Notes: generated from the sequence alone by a model not told the origin. Shown: positions 9,175 to 18,518, counted from the stretch's first letter. The stretch is DNA of 64,000 nucleotides from an uncultured Bacilli bacterium (GCA_934098665.1 CAKOOO010000001.1:30823-94822); one strand, 5' to 3'. Program-made: numbers and translations.

Positions 9175-9299
9175 TAGATACATTTAAGAAAATACGAACG
9201 CCTATTTACGTACCTTACATCTTAATAATACACTATTTTTTATAAATTTTAAAGTCTAAATAACGATTTTACGCTATATAATTTTCTTAAATGTATCTA
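9175..9299 (-). promoter_or_regulatory. invertible promoter cassette 1 (promoter faces gene A1: ON)
   Basis: Perfect 19-bp inverted repeats: TAGATACATTTAAGAAAAT at 9175-9193 and its reverse complement at 9281-9299. The 87-bp core carries, on the minus strand, TTTAAA (9253-9248), 17 nt, then TATTAT (9230-9225). The homologous core is inverted at loci 3 and 4. Confidence 0.8.
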
Positions 9300-9330
9300 C
9301 TAAAGGAAAATACGAACAAGGTAAATACTG

Positions 9331-9359
9331 GGTTTGTTTAAGATAAACCTATTTTTTTT
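9331..9359 (+). terminator. weak plus-strand hairpin + T-run just outside cassette 1
   Basis: GGTTT(G)-loop-(T)AAACC followed by TATTTTTTTT. Conserved at loci 2 and 4 with G-U-compatible changes that pair only in plus-strand RNA. Confidence 0.4.
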
Positions 9360-9382
9360 AATTTACAAAAAAAATGATGAAA

Positions 9383-11407
9383 TTATTCATCACATGTAGG
9401 GCATTTAACTTCACCATTTTTTATTACTAATAAATCATTACATTTTGGACATTTATCCCCTGTTGGTTTATACCATGATGCATATTTACATTTAGGGAAA
9501 TTATCACAACCATAAAATTCTTTACCTTTTTTAGTTTTTTTAACTATTATATTTCCATTACATTTTGGACATTTACAAATAATTTCTTTTTCTTCTTGTT
9601 TTTCATTTTTCTTAATATATTTACAAGTTGGGAAATTAGAGCAAGCTACGAATGTTCCATATTTTCCTTTTCTATATACTAAAGGGTTTCCACATTCAGG
9701 GCATATTTCACCAGTTTCTTCAGGCTTTTTCTTTTCCATATTTTTAAATGCATTATCGACAAGTGGTGAAAAATTGTCATAAAACTCTTTAAGCATTTTT
9801 TTATAGTCTTCACGTCCTTCGGCAATTTCATCTAAATCTTTTTCCATATTTGCTGTATATTTAACATTTACTATACTTGAGAAAAATTCTTGTAATTTAT
9901 CTGTTGTTTCAAAACCTACCTCTGTTGGAATAAACTTTTTATCCTCTAAAGTAACATATCCCCTATCTTTAATAGTTGAAATAATTGTTGCATAAGTTGA
10001 GGGTCTTCCTATACCCAGTGACTCTAACTCTTTAATAAGTGAGCTTTCTGTAAATCTTGCTGGTGGTTTTGTAAAGTGCTGAGTTTTAGTTATGTCATCA
10101 CTTACTATAATACCAGCTTTATAATTTTTAAAATCTGGTAATACTGTATCTTCTTGATCTTCGTAATCACTATATACTTTTAAATAACCATCAAAAGTAA
10201 GCACACTACCATTTGCTTTAAAACCATAGTCATTATTATCAAGAAGTACTGTAGTTGCATTAAATTTAGCATCTGCCATAAGTGAAGCTAATGCTCTATA
10301 ATAAATTAATCTATAAAGTTTATATTCATCTGGTGATAAAAACTTTTTAATTTTATCTGGTTCATAATTTATATTTGTAGGCCTAATACCTTCGTGAGCA
10401 TCTTGAACGTTTTCAGTTTTTTTGCTCTTTTTAACATAACCTACATAATTATCTCCAAACTTTCCCTTAATAAAGTTAAATGCAGAAGAAGTAAATTCAT
10501 CAGAAAGTCTTATGCTATCTGTACGCATATAAGTAATAAGGCCATGAAAACCATCCTCAAGTTCAATACCCTCATAAAGTTTTTGAGCTATTTTCATAGT
10601 TTTTGAAGCAGGATATCCAAGTTTATTTGAACTAACTTGCTGAAGTGTAGATGTTTTAAATACTTCTTTAGCAATTCTTTTCTTTTCTTTTTCTTCGACA
10701 CTTTTAATTGTAAATGAATTTGATAAACTATCAAGCACTTTATTTGCATCACTTTCAGTATTTATTTCAATAGCTTTTTCTTTATATGTTTCAAGGCTTG
10801 CTTTAAATTCTTTGAAGTCTGCCTCAATAGTCCAATATTCTTTAGGAATAAAAGCAAGTATTTCTCTTTCTCTATCTACAATAAGTTTTAAGGCAACAGA
10901 CTGAACTCTACCCGCGGATTTTCCTGATGTTTTTGACTGCATAACTTTACTTAATCTAAAGCCAATAATTCTATCTAAAAATCTTCGTGCTTCTCCAGAG
11001 TGAACTAAATTCATATCAATTCTTCGAGGATTTTTTAAAGCCTTTAAAACTACATCTTTAGTAATTTCATTAAATACAATTCTATCATATTTTTCATCTG
11101 GAACTTTAAGTTCATCATATAAATGCCATGAAATTGTTTCTCCCTCACGGTCTGGGTCGGTTGCAAGATAAATATGATCTGCTTTTTCAATTAAATCTTT
11201 TAAATATTTTACATCTTTCTTTTTTCCTTTAATAATTTCATAATTAGGTTTAAAATCATTTTCAATATCAATTCCTAGACCATATTTTCCAGATGTGGCT
11301 AAATCTCTAATATGACCTTTTGAGGATACTACTGTATAATTATCACCTAAATACTTAGAAATAGTTTTACATTTTGCGGGGGATTCTACTATAATAATAT
11401 TTTTCAA
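9383..11407 (-). CDS. topA: DNA topoisomerase I
   Basis: 674 aa with a TOPRIM N-terminus (IIVESPAKCKTI), a type IA core and C-terminal Cys4 zinc ribbons. Confidence 0.95.
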   Translation of the reverse strand: MKNIIIVESPAKCKTISKYLGDNYTVVSSKGHIRDLATSGKYGLGIDIENDFKPNYEIIKGKKKDVKYLKDLIEKADHIYLATDPDREGETISWHLYDELKVPDEKYDRIVFNEITKDVVLKALKNPRRIDMNLVHSGEARRFLDRIIGFRLSKVMQSKTSGKSAGRVQSVALKLIVDREREILAFIPKEYWTIEADFKEFKASLETYKEKAIEINTESDANKVLDSLSNSFTIKSVEEKEKKRIAKEVFKTSTLQQVSSNKLGYPASKTMKIAQKLYEGIELEDGFHGLITYMRTDSIRLSDEFTSSAFNFIKGKFGDNYVGYVKKSKKTENVQDAHEGIRPTNINYEPDKIKKFLSPDEYKLYRLIYYRALASLMADAKFNATTVLLDNNDYGFKANGSVLTFDGYLKVYSDYEDQEDTVLPDFKNYKAGIIVSDDITKTQHFTKPPARFTESSLIKELESLGIGRPSTYATIISTIKDRGYVTLEDKKFIPTEVGFETTDKLQEFFSSIVNVKYTANMEKDLDEIAEGREDYKKMLKEFYDNFSPLVDNAFKNMEKKKPEETGEICPECGNPLVYRKGKYGTFVACSNFPTCKYIKKNEKQEEKEIICKCPKCNGNIIVKKTKKGKEFYGCDNFPKCKYASWYKPTGDKCPKCNDLLVIKNGEVKCPTCDE

Positions 11408-13404
11408 TTTTTAGTCTCCTTTTCTTTTTCTAATGCACTAAATAAATATGCAAAGTAGTTACTTTTTATAGCATTACTACTCATATTCATTTTAGCATAA
11501 ATTTGTGAATTTATTTCTTTTATTTCTTCGTCAGTATATGTAAAGTCTGTAAAGTAAGTAATTTTTCCTGTAGATGAGTTGTAATAAGCATATTCATTTT
11601 TCCAAGAATAATCGTAAAAAACCACTATACTTTGATAGTCAGATGAAAATAAATCTTCTCCCATATAATATCTTGGATCATAATCTAAATCAAATAAATT
11701 AGCAATAGTGGGAACTAAATTAATATAACTTGTATATTCATCCATAGTTATAGTTTCTTTTAAAGAGCTATCATATATAATAAGAGGAACTTTTTCATTT
11801 TCATAGTTAGTTAAATCTCTATTAAGTATTTCATTTAAAATATCTAAATTTATTGCGTATGGGTAGTGATCACCAAATAAAACAATTATAGTATCATCTA
11901 AAAGATTTCTTTCTTTTAGACCATCTATTAAAACACCTATTGCATTATCTAGTTCAGTCATTTTAGATAAATATCTTTTAAGTTCTAATGAATAAGAAAC
12001 ATTTTCAAACTTATCTAAATATTTATCACCATACTCACTTTGTGATGAATAAGGCTGGTGCGTAGTAACTGTAGTAATATAACTCATAAAATTACCAGAT
12101 ATATCATCAAGTTTTTTAAGATATTCTTCCATTAAAGTTACATCACTAGGCCATGCACCATAAACATTTGAATAAGTCATATTAAGAGCATTAACATCAT
12201 AATAATTTTGACTACCCATGTTTGGATGAATTTTTGTTCTTTCATAATAAGTATTATCATAATCATGAAAACTATTTGTTATATAACCACTATTATTAAA
12301 TAAATTAAATATACTTTGTGGATATATATTATTTACATATAAATTTGATGTACAATTATTATAAATTGAATAAAGCGAAGTTATAGCGCTAAACTCATTA
12401 TTACCAGTAGCACAACTATTTCTTGGCGAATAATTATTTTTAAAATAATAACTTGAGGAATATAAACTATAAAAATTAGGAAAATATTGTTCATTTATTA
12501 TAATATCATTAACACTTTCCATCATAATAACTATTAAATTTTTATCCTTATATTTACCAGTAAACGCATTTTTACTAGGTAAGTCACTATCAATAAAATA
12601 TCTATTTAATGTATTTAAATTAGTATTTTGCTCATTATTAATAACATTTAGCCATAAAGTATCATCTTTATCACGAGTTTTATTATTATCATTATAAGCA
12701 AAAATAGTTTCATTTGCTATTTCATTTTCAACATACTTACTTTTTAAATCAAGAAGTGCATAAGATGTTATACCAAAATCTTTAATAGCTAAACTTGGAT
12801 TTGAAACATTTAAAAATAATTCTTTTAAAGAAAGTACTTGATATTTATCTGAATATTTTTCATTTAATGTATTATAATATGTTAATGAAGATAATGTAAA
12901 TATAATAAGTAAAATGCATATAACTATTTGATTTTCATAATAAAAACGTCTTTTTAATTTAAAATCTATTGGATGATTTAAGGATATAATTTTACTAACT
13001 ATAGTAATTAAAAGGCAAATTATAAAAGGTAAAAAAACTAAATAATACTCACCTTTAGAACTTTTTAAAAAATCAAATATATAGTTTTTTACAGCACCTA
13101 CTTGACTTACCGTATTAAAGGACATATAAACTCCTAAAAAGTTTAAAAATAAAATTTGGATAAATGAATAAATGCTATCAATTAATACAGTAAAAATAAT
13201 TAAAACTTTAGATATCTTTTTAGGAAATATTGAATAAACAAGGCTTAAAACTATTGAAATAATATTTACTCCTAAAAAAGTCCTAAAAAAAGATATGTTT
13301 GTTATACTTAATTTATTAATTAATCTAAATATAACTTCAATTAACATAAGACTTATTAAAAGTAAAAAATAGTTATTTAAAATCTTATTTTTATTTAATT
13401 TCAT
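11404..13404 (-). CDS. LtaS-family (sulfatase-like) lipoteichoic acid synthase / phosphoglycerol transferase
   Basis: 666 aa with an N-terminal multi-TM block followed by an extracellular sulfatase-fold domain (...VIMMESV..., ...LFGDHYPY...). Confidence 0.7.
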   Translation of the reverse strand: MKLNKNKILNNYFLLLISLMLIEVIFRLINKLSITNISFFRTFLGVNIISIVLSLVYSIFPKKISKVLIIFTVLIDSIYSFIQILFLNFLGVYMSFNTVSQVGAVKNYIFDFLKSSKGEYYLVFLPFIICLLITIVSKIISLNHPIDFKLKRRFYYENQIVICILLIIFTLSSLTYYNTLNEKYSDKYQVLSLKELFLNVSNPSLAIKDFGITSYALLDLKSKYVENEIANETIFAYNDNNKTRDKDDTLWLNVINNEQNTNLNTLNRYFIDSDLPSKNAFTGKYKDKNLIVIMMESVNDIIINEQYFPNFYSLYSSSYYFKNNYSPRNSCATGNNEFSAITSLYSIYNNCTSNLYVNNIYPQSIFNLFNNSGYITNSFHDYDNTYYERTKIHPNMGSQNYYDVNALNMTYSNVYGAWPSDVTLMEEYLKKLDDISGNFMSYITTVTTHQPYSSQSEYGDKYLDKFENVSYSLELKRYLSKMTELDNAIGVLIDGLKERNLLDDTIIVLFGDHYPYAINLDILNEILNRDLTNYENEKVPLIIYDSSLKETITMDEYTSYINLVPTIANLFDLDYDPRYYMGEDLFSSDYQSIVVFYDYSWKNEYAYYNSSTGKITYFTDFTYTDEEIKEINSQIYAKMNMSSNAIKSNYFAYLFSALEKEKETKN

Positions 13405-14296
13405 TATTATTCCTTTCTATAATTTCTTTAACAGGATTATATGTAGTCCTATAAATATCTAATATACCATATTTTTGTAATAATTCAAGATGTCTTTTGG
13501 TAGGATATCCTTTATGTTTTTTTAGTTCATACTCTGGATGCAATTTATCTATTTCATCCATTATATGGTCTCTTGTTACCTTTGCAAGAACTGATGCAGC
13601 GGCAATTGTTATACTTTTGGCATCACCTTTTATTATTGCTAAAGCATTTTCTCTTTTAAGGTCCATAGCATCTGTTATGATAAAATCTGGTTTTACATCT
13701 AAATTGTCAACTGCCTCATTCATTCCAAGTCTTGAGGATTCTAAAATATTTATTTCGTCAATTTTTTTATTATCAATAATACTTATACTATAACTTATGG
13801 CATCTTTTTTTATTATGTCAAAATATTTTTCTCTTTGTTTTTCAGAAAGTTTTTTAGAATCTGTTAACCCAGGAAGATTATAATCATTTGGAAGTACTAC
13901 ACTTGCACATACTACAGGTCCACATAAGGGGCCCCTTCCTGCTTCATCACAACCCGCAATTAAATTATAACCTTTTTCATGTAAAACATTTTCAAAGTGA
14001 TGATTATCTTTCATTAAAATTAAATCATTTATTTTTCTTTTAATAGTTTTATTTGTTTCTTTTTCATATAATGAATTTAAACTTTCAATATTAAAACCAT
14101 GAATAGTTTCATAATCACAAGATGAATTTACCACGTTAATAAGTTCATTATCTATTTTTTCTTCACCCATTAAAAAGATATAATCACACTCTTTTATAAT
14201 TTTGTAAAATAATAATGCAGTAGACCCTGTAATTATATATTTATCTTTATCTATATCTAAATTATTTAAAATGTTAATTATCTGTTTTTTCTTCAT
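13391..14296 (-). CDS. rnhB: ribonuclease HII with ~100-aa N-terminal extension
   Basis: 301 aa. The C-terminal 200 aa carry the RNase HII motif GCDEAGRGPLCGPVV. Conserved rbgA-rnhB synteny. Confidence 0.9.
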   Translation of the reverse strand: MKKKQIINILNNLDIDKDKYIITGSTALLFYKIIKECDYIFLMGEEKIDNELINVVNSSCDYETIHGFNIESLNSLYEKETNKTIKRKINDLILMKDNHHFENVLHEKGYNLIAGCDEAGRGPLCGPVVCASVVLPNDYNLPGLTDSKKLSEKQREKYFDIIKKDAISYSISIIDNKKIDEINILESSRLGMNEAVDNLDVKPDFIITDAMDLKRENALAIIKGDAKSITIAAASVLAKVTRDHIMDEIDKLHPEYELKKHKGYPTKRHLELLQKYGILDIYRTTYNPVKEIIERNNNEIK

Positions 14297-15134
14297 CTAG
14301 AGTAATTCCTTTTATTTTTCCCCCAATAAAATCATTATATATTCTTTCACTTACTTTTGTAAAGTCAGTTTCATTATTTTTAGTAAATCCCCATTTTAAA
14401 GATAATTTATCAAAAATTTCTATTACATCATTTCCATTAACATTATAAATATCCTTTAAAATGTTTGGATAATTTTTGATATAAAAACTTATTATATAAC
14501 TTGCTATATCATTAATATTTAATACTTCTTTTTTAATAGACCCAATAGAGGCCATATTATAAGCATAAGTCATATTATCAAGTTTAGGCCATAATATTCC
14601 CGGAGAGTCTAAAAGTGTTATACCATATTTTGTAGGAAGAAAATTTAAAGTTTTTGTTACACCTGGTTTATTTCCTACATTTTGGACTTTTTTACCTACC
14701 ATATTATTTATTAAAGTAGATTTACCTACATTTGGAATACCTATTACTAAAGCCTTTATTTCTTTTTGTTTTAAACCTTTACTTTTCCTTTTTTCCTGAA
14801 TATATGATGTACATTTTTTTGTAGCGTCAAAAAGTTTTTTAAAATCTTTATTGTTTTTTAAATCAAGTAGTAAAACTTCATAACCTAAATTTTGATAAAA
14901 TGAAACAAAATAATTTGTTTTCTTTTCATCACATAAATCTTTTTTAGTCATAACAAGTATTTTAGTTTTACCCTTTATTATTTCATTTATATCCTTTATC
15001 ATCGTAGATAATGGACATCTTGCATCGACAACTACATAAACTATATCAATTAAATTAATATTTTCAAGTATTTGTCTTTTTGTTTTAGCCATATGTCCTG
15101 GATAATAGTTTATTTTTGTTATATTTTCATCCAT
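14274..15134 (-). CDS. rbgA: ribosome biogenesis GTPase A (YlqF/RbgA)
   Basis: Circularly permuted GTPase (YPGHMAKT..., TKKDL, GIPNVGKST). I chose the start at 15134 (MDENITK) because AGGAAGTGA lies 4-5 nt upstream; the ORF track starts 10 codons earlier. Confidence 0.9.
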   Translation of the reverse strand: MDENITKINYYPGHMAKTKRQILENINLIDIVYVVVDARCPLSTMIKDINEIIKGKTKILVMTKKDLCDEKKTNYFVSFYQNLGYEVLLLDLKNNKDFKKLFDATKKCTSYIQEKRKSKGLKQKEIKALVIGIPNVGKSTLINNMVGKKVQNVGNKPGVTKTLNFLPTKYGITLLDSPGILWPKLDNMTYAYNMASIGSIKKEVLNINDIASYIISFYIKNYPNILKDIYNVNGNDVIEIFDKLSLKWGFTKNNETDFTKVSERIYNDFIGGKIKGITLDEEKTDN

Positions 15135-15689
15135 TTTATTCACTTCCTTTTTATTTAGTTTCATTTTAAAAAAATACTTTCTAATTACACTTTTTAACTA
15201 AATGATATTATATCATTGTTTTGTCTTTTAATAAAGTCTAATGCTTTAAAATATTTATCTTCGCATTCCGCAATTTCATCAAACTATTGAATTGCTAACT
15301 CAGTATCACAAAACTTCCGTTTCACCGATATTCTCTCCGAGCTACACCCATTACTTGTGTCTGTGGCTGTGCAGGAGTATCTTTAATAATGCACTATCTC
15401 TAACAGGAATGTACTTGATGAATGTGTATCAAATTTTCAAAAAATATTTCTTGCTCTTCTAAAAATAAAATAAAAAGGTGTAGAAAGTATTAACTTTCTC
15501 TCACCTGTTTCCACACTCAAATTTAACTTTTAAAGTCATAATTTCTATAGAATTATAATATAGAAATATTGCTACCTCTTATGAAAAATTAACTAATAAT
15601 GCGTTTATCATCATTCATCATCTTCATTACTAAAAATCTCGTTTGCTATAGCAATTACTGCCATTACATCCGTAAATCTAAAATGATTA

Positions 15690-16009
15690 AATTATCTTTT
15701 TTTATGTTTTAAAAAAAAACAAAATATAGTTTTCTTCAAAAAAATATTTAATTAAAAAATAATCACTAGCATACTTATCAAAAATATAAATCATAACTTC
15801 ATTTTTTCCATAAACCTCTTTAGGTACCTTTATCCTCTGATTAACATTAAACATTCCATCAGTTACTTTGTCTTTGAAAGTGAAAGTCCTCTATCAAACA
15901 CATCCGTAACACTTAAATAGCACACAAATATTCCCACTAAAACTGTACAAATAGATATAATTATTACTGAATACTTTTTTCTTTCAATTAAATTCTTATA
16001 ATATTTCAT
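15690..16009 (-). pseudogene. frameshifted small membrane-anchored protein gene
   Basis: ATG at 16009 after GGAAAGG opens a 48-codon frame (MKYYKNLIERKKYSVIIISICTVLVGIFVCYLS...). That frame stops, and the coding-like sequence continues for 57 codons in another frame (TDGMFNVNQRIKVPKEVYGKNEV...). Confidence 0.3.
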
Positions 16010-16084
16010 AATTTACAACCTTTCCCTCTACTCTAATAATATTCCATCATTAAATAATAAAAAAAGATAGACATTTACGTCTAT

Positions 16085-17911
16085 CTAGTTATTAAATTTT
16101 CTTTTATAAAGTACTGCTCCAGCAAGTCCTAATAATGACACACCGGTAGTAATAATCCAAGTACTAACATTATCTAATGTATTAGGATTTTCCAAATTAT
16201 TACCACCAATAACATACGTACTAAAATGATCAGTTTCAAATACTAAATAATCACCTTCTATTTTTACATCATGTTTCTCTATCTCACCATTATCTTTAAC
16301 ATAATAAGCAGTTAAATCTAATTTTCTAAGTTCATCATTAAGAGGTACATAAACCTTAAATACACCATTTTCTAATTTAGAAATATTTTTATTTATTGAA
16401 TCAGAAAATAATTTTAAATCTACTACTAAACCATTATTAATATTTACTTTCTTTAAGAACTCTTTATATTCATCACTTTTAGCATCAATAACTACCGTAT
16501 TAATTTTAGAATCTAGTGGCACTTCTGAAGAATCAGTTTTAATTGAAATATCAGTTAAAGCATCTACTGTATTCATTACAGGTGTTCTCATTTTTGATGA
16601 ATCCTTAGCAATAAAATAATAATATTCTTCTTCACCAATAGTAACTTTATAGTATTCACCAAGTGTTTTATTAACATCAACTATATCTTTTAAAGATAAT
16701 CCTCCAAAATCATTAATATCAGCAATTTGTCCAGCATATTCTATTTTTACATTTGCTTTTGGAATATATTTATTAACTCTATCTAAAGCCGCTTTAATAT
16801 AAGCTTCTCTAGTATTTTCGGTTTCATCTGGTACATATAAAACGTTATTTTGTTTTACACCAGTAGTATCAACATAAGAATATATAACTCCATCAAATAA
16901 TAGATTTAAGAAACCAAAACAACCACTTGTAAATTGATCATCCCATCCAGCTCTTGTGTCTAACTTAGTTCCAATATTCATATATCCAATCTTATTTTGA
17001 AATTCAGAAGAATAATTAATTATTGAATTAACTGAATCAATCCACTCTCCAAAACTAGGAAAAGCATATTTATAATTAATTGTTTCTAAATCTTCCATCA
17101 AAAATAAATGGTCTTCTATATTTTGATTATCAACTACAAACGTCTTAGCATAACCATCTAATCTATTTTTTATTTTTAAATTAGGTGTTGCAAATTCAAA
17201 AGTAGTTTCGTAAGTCTTTTTTCTATAAGTTTTTACCTTATCAGAGATATTAATCATGCATTTATTTTTCTCATAGCATCCACCAAAAATACTATATTTA
17301 TCAGTATCATATTTACTCAAAGCTGAAGTAATAGCTGTATCAGAAAATATAGAATCATCTAGTGGATCAACACTAGCAACTTTTACTTTACCATCTTTAA
17401 GCATAGAATTATATATTGCATCCATTTCGGTAAAATCAAAATTATCGTTAAAGTTAAATCTTGTAATATCAAAATAAATATCCCTATCATCTAATGTATA
17501 TTTACTATACATATTTCTTAATGTCTTATTATCAGCATCTACTAGCTTGCTTTCCATCATACTGTTGCCATCTTCACCACTGATTGTTACACCAGCCATA
17601 AGCTCTGCACCAGTATAAGTTTTCTTAAAATTCTTAAAGTCTGATGTTAATGTGTAAGTATACTCTTCATCAGCATTAAGATTAAAACCAGTAATAACAA
17701 ATGAATACTTGCTGCCCTCTTGACCATTCATTGAATATTCAATATACTCACCAATATTAGTAACAGCACTGTATGAAGCACTACCTCCCATATCATTTTG
17801 CCCATTACACTTAATATCGCTGTAAGTTATATAAGATTCATCAGCAAATACTATTGTCGGCAAAAATAAAATAGCAACCAAAATCCCTAAAAAGTGTTTT
17901 ACCCTTTTCAT
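16085..17911 (-). CDS. secreted surface protein with C-terminal sorting-signal-like tail
   Basis: 608 aa with signal peptide MKRVKHFLGILVAILFLPTIVFA. The C-terminus is ...LENPNTLDNVSTWIITTGVSLLGLAGAVLYKRKFNN: motif, hydrophobic helix, basic tail. Confidence 0.7.
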   Translation of the reverse strand: MKRVKHFLGILVAILFLPTIVFADESYITYSDIKCNGQNDMGGSASYSAVTNIGEYIEYSMNGQEGSKYSFVITGFNLNADEEYTYTLTSDFKNFKKTYTGAELMAGVTISGEDGNSMMESKLVDADNKTLRNMYSKYTLDDRDIYFDITRFNFNDNFDFTEMDAIYNSMLKDGKVKVASVDPLDDSIFSDTAITSALSKYDTDKYSIFGGCYEKNKCMINISDKVKTYRKKTYETTFEFATPNLKIKNRLDGYAKTFVVDNQNIEDHLFLMEDLETINYKYAFPSFGEWIDSVNSIINYSSEFQNKIGYMNIGTKLDTRAGWDDQFTSGCFGFLNLLFDGVIYSYVDTTGVKQNNVLYVPDETENTREAYIKAALDRVNKYIPKANVKIEYAGQIADINDFGGLSLKDIVDVNKTLGEYYKVTIGEEEYYYFIAKDSSKMRTPVMNTVDALTDISIKTDSSEVPLDSKINTVVIDAKSDEYKEFLKKVNINNGLVVDLKLFSDSINKNISKLENGVFKVYVPLNDELRKLDLTAYYVKDNGEIEKHDVKIEGDYLVFETDHFSTYVIGGNNLENPNTLDNVSTWIITTGVSLLGLAGAVLYKRKFNN

Positions 17912-17959
17912 TTCATCCTCCTATAATAATAGGGTAACACATATTATTAATTTAATCAA

Positions 17960-18346
17960 TTACCAAATTAAAGAGCAGACGTCAAATCTGATTTTACTTA
18001 ATTGTGTTGCTCTTAATGAATTTACTCTATATCCAACTGATATTATGGCATCTAAATTATAAAATTCAATATTTCTCTTAACACTTCTATTTTCTTCTTT
18101 TTGAACTAATTCTATTTTGGAATAAGTTGAATCTTTATCTAACTCATTTTCATTATAGATATTAATTAAATGCTTTGCTATTGCCGGTTGTTCTACATTA
18201 AATAATTCCGCAATAGTTTTTTGAGTCATCCATAAAGTTTCATTTTCATATCTTACTTGTATGCCTTTGTCTTTTTCTTGAAGTTTGAATGTTATAAATT
18301 TTTCAGTGCTACTTCTAATTATTAAATCTTTTGCCATTGTTATCAT
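17960..18346 (-). pseudogene. RhuM-family gene fragment (N-terminal ~113 aa only)
   Basis: Matches the RhuM N-terminus (...WMTQKTIAELF...YNLDAIISVGYRVNSLRATQ). Homology is lost where QFRxWAT should follow, and a stop comes soon after. Confidence 0.6.
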
Positions 18347-18518
18347 CTTCTTTGTCTAAAATAATAGTTTCCCATAAATCACTCTTACATAATTTTTATT
18401 AAAAATTGTAAAAAGGATTTTAATTAAAAGTTTTATAAAATAAGGGGTTTTAAGAGAGTTTATATAAGTCGTTCTTTACCAGTTGATTAAACTTTTATTA
18501 AACCCCATACCATTATTT

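Noticed and set aside
9175-9299. Alternative reading of the 18-20 bp inverted repeats as an ordinary long RNA hairpin, attenuator or terminator in the 5' UTR.
   Set aside because: A static hairpin would not explain why the ~88-bp segment between the arms is reverse-complemented at two of the four loci while both flanks keep the same orientation. It also would not explain why that segment carries a conserved -35/17-nt/-10 arrangement.
15290-15420. Locally GC-richer patch, considered as the missing DGR template repeat for the A1/A2 patches (GGGTGTAGCTCGG resembles GGGGTGTGCGCTCGG) or as a structured ncRNA.
   Set aside because: Hand alignment to both patches gives many mismatches where the candidate template has C, G or T. 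A DGR template may differ from its variable region only at its own adenines. The similarity is limited to about 13 nt, and I recognised no riboswitch or RNA consensus. It is more likely a decayed coding remnant.
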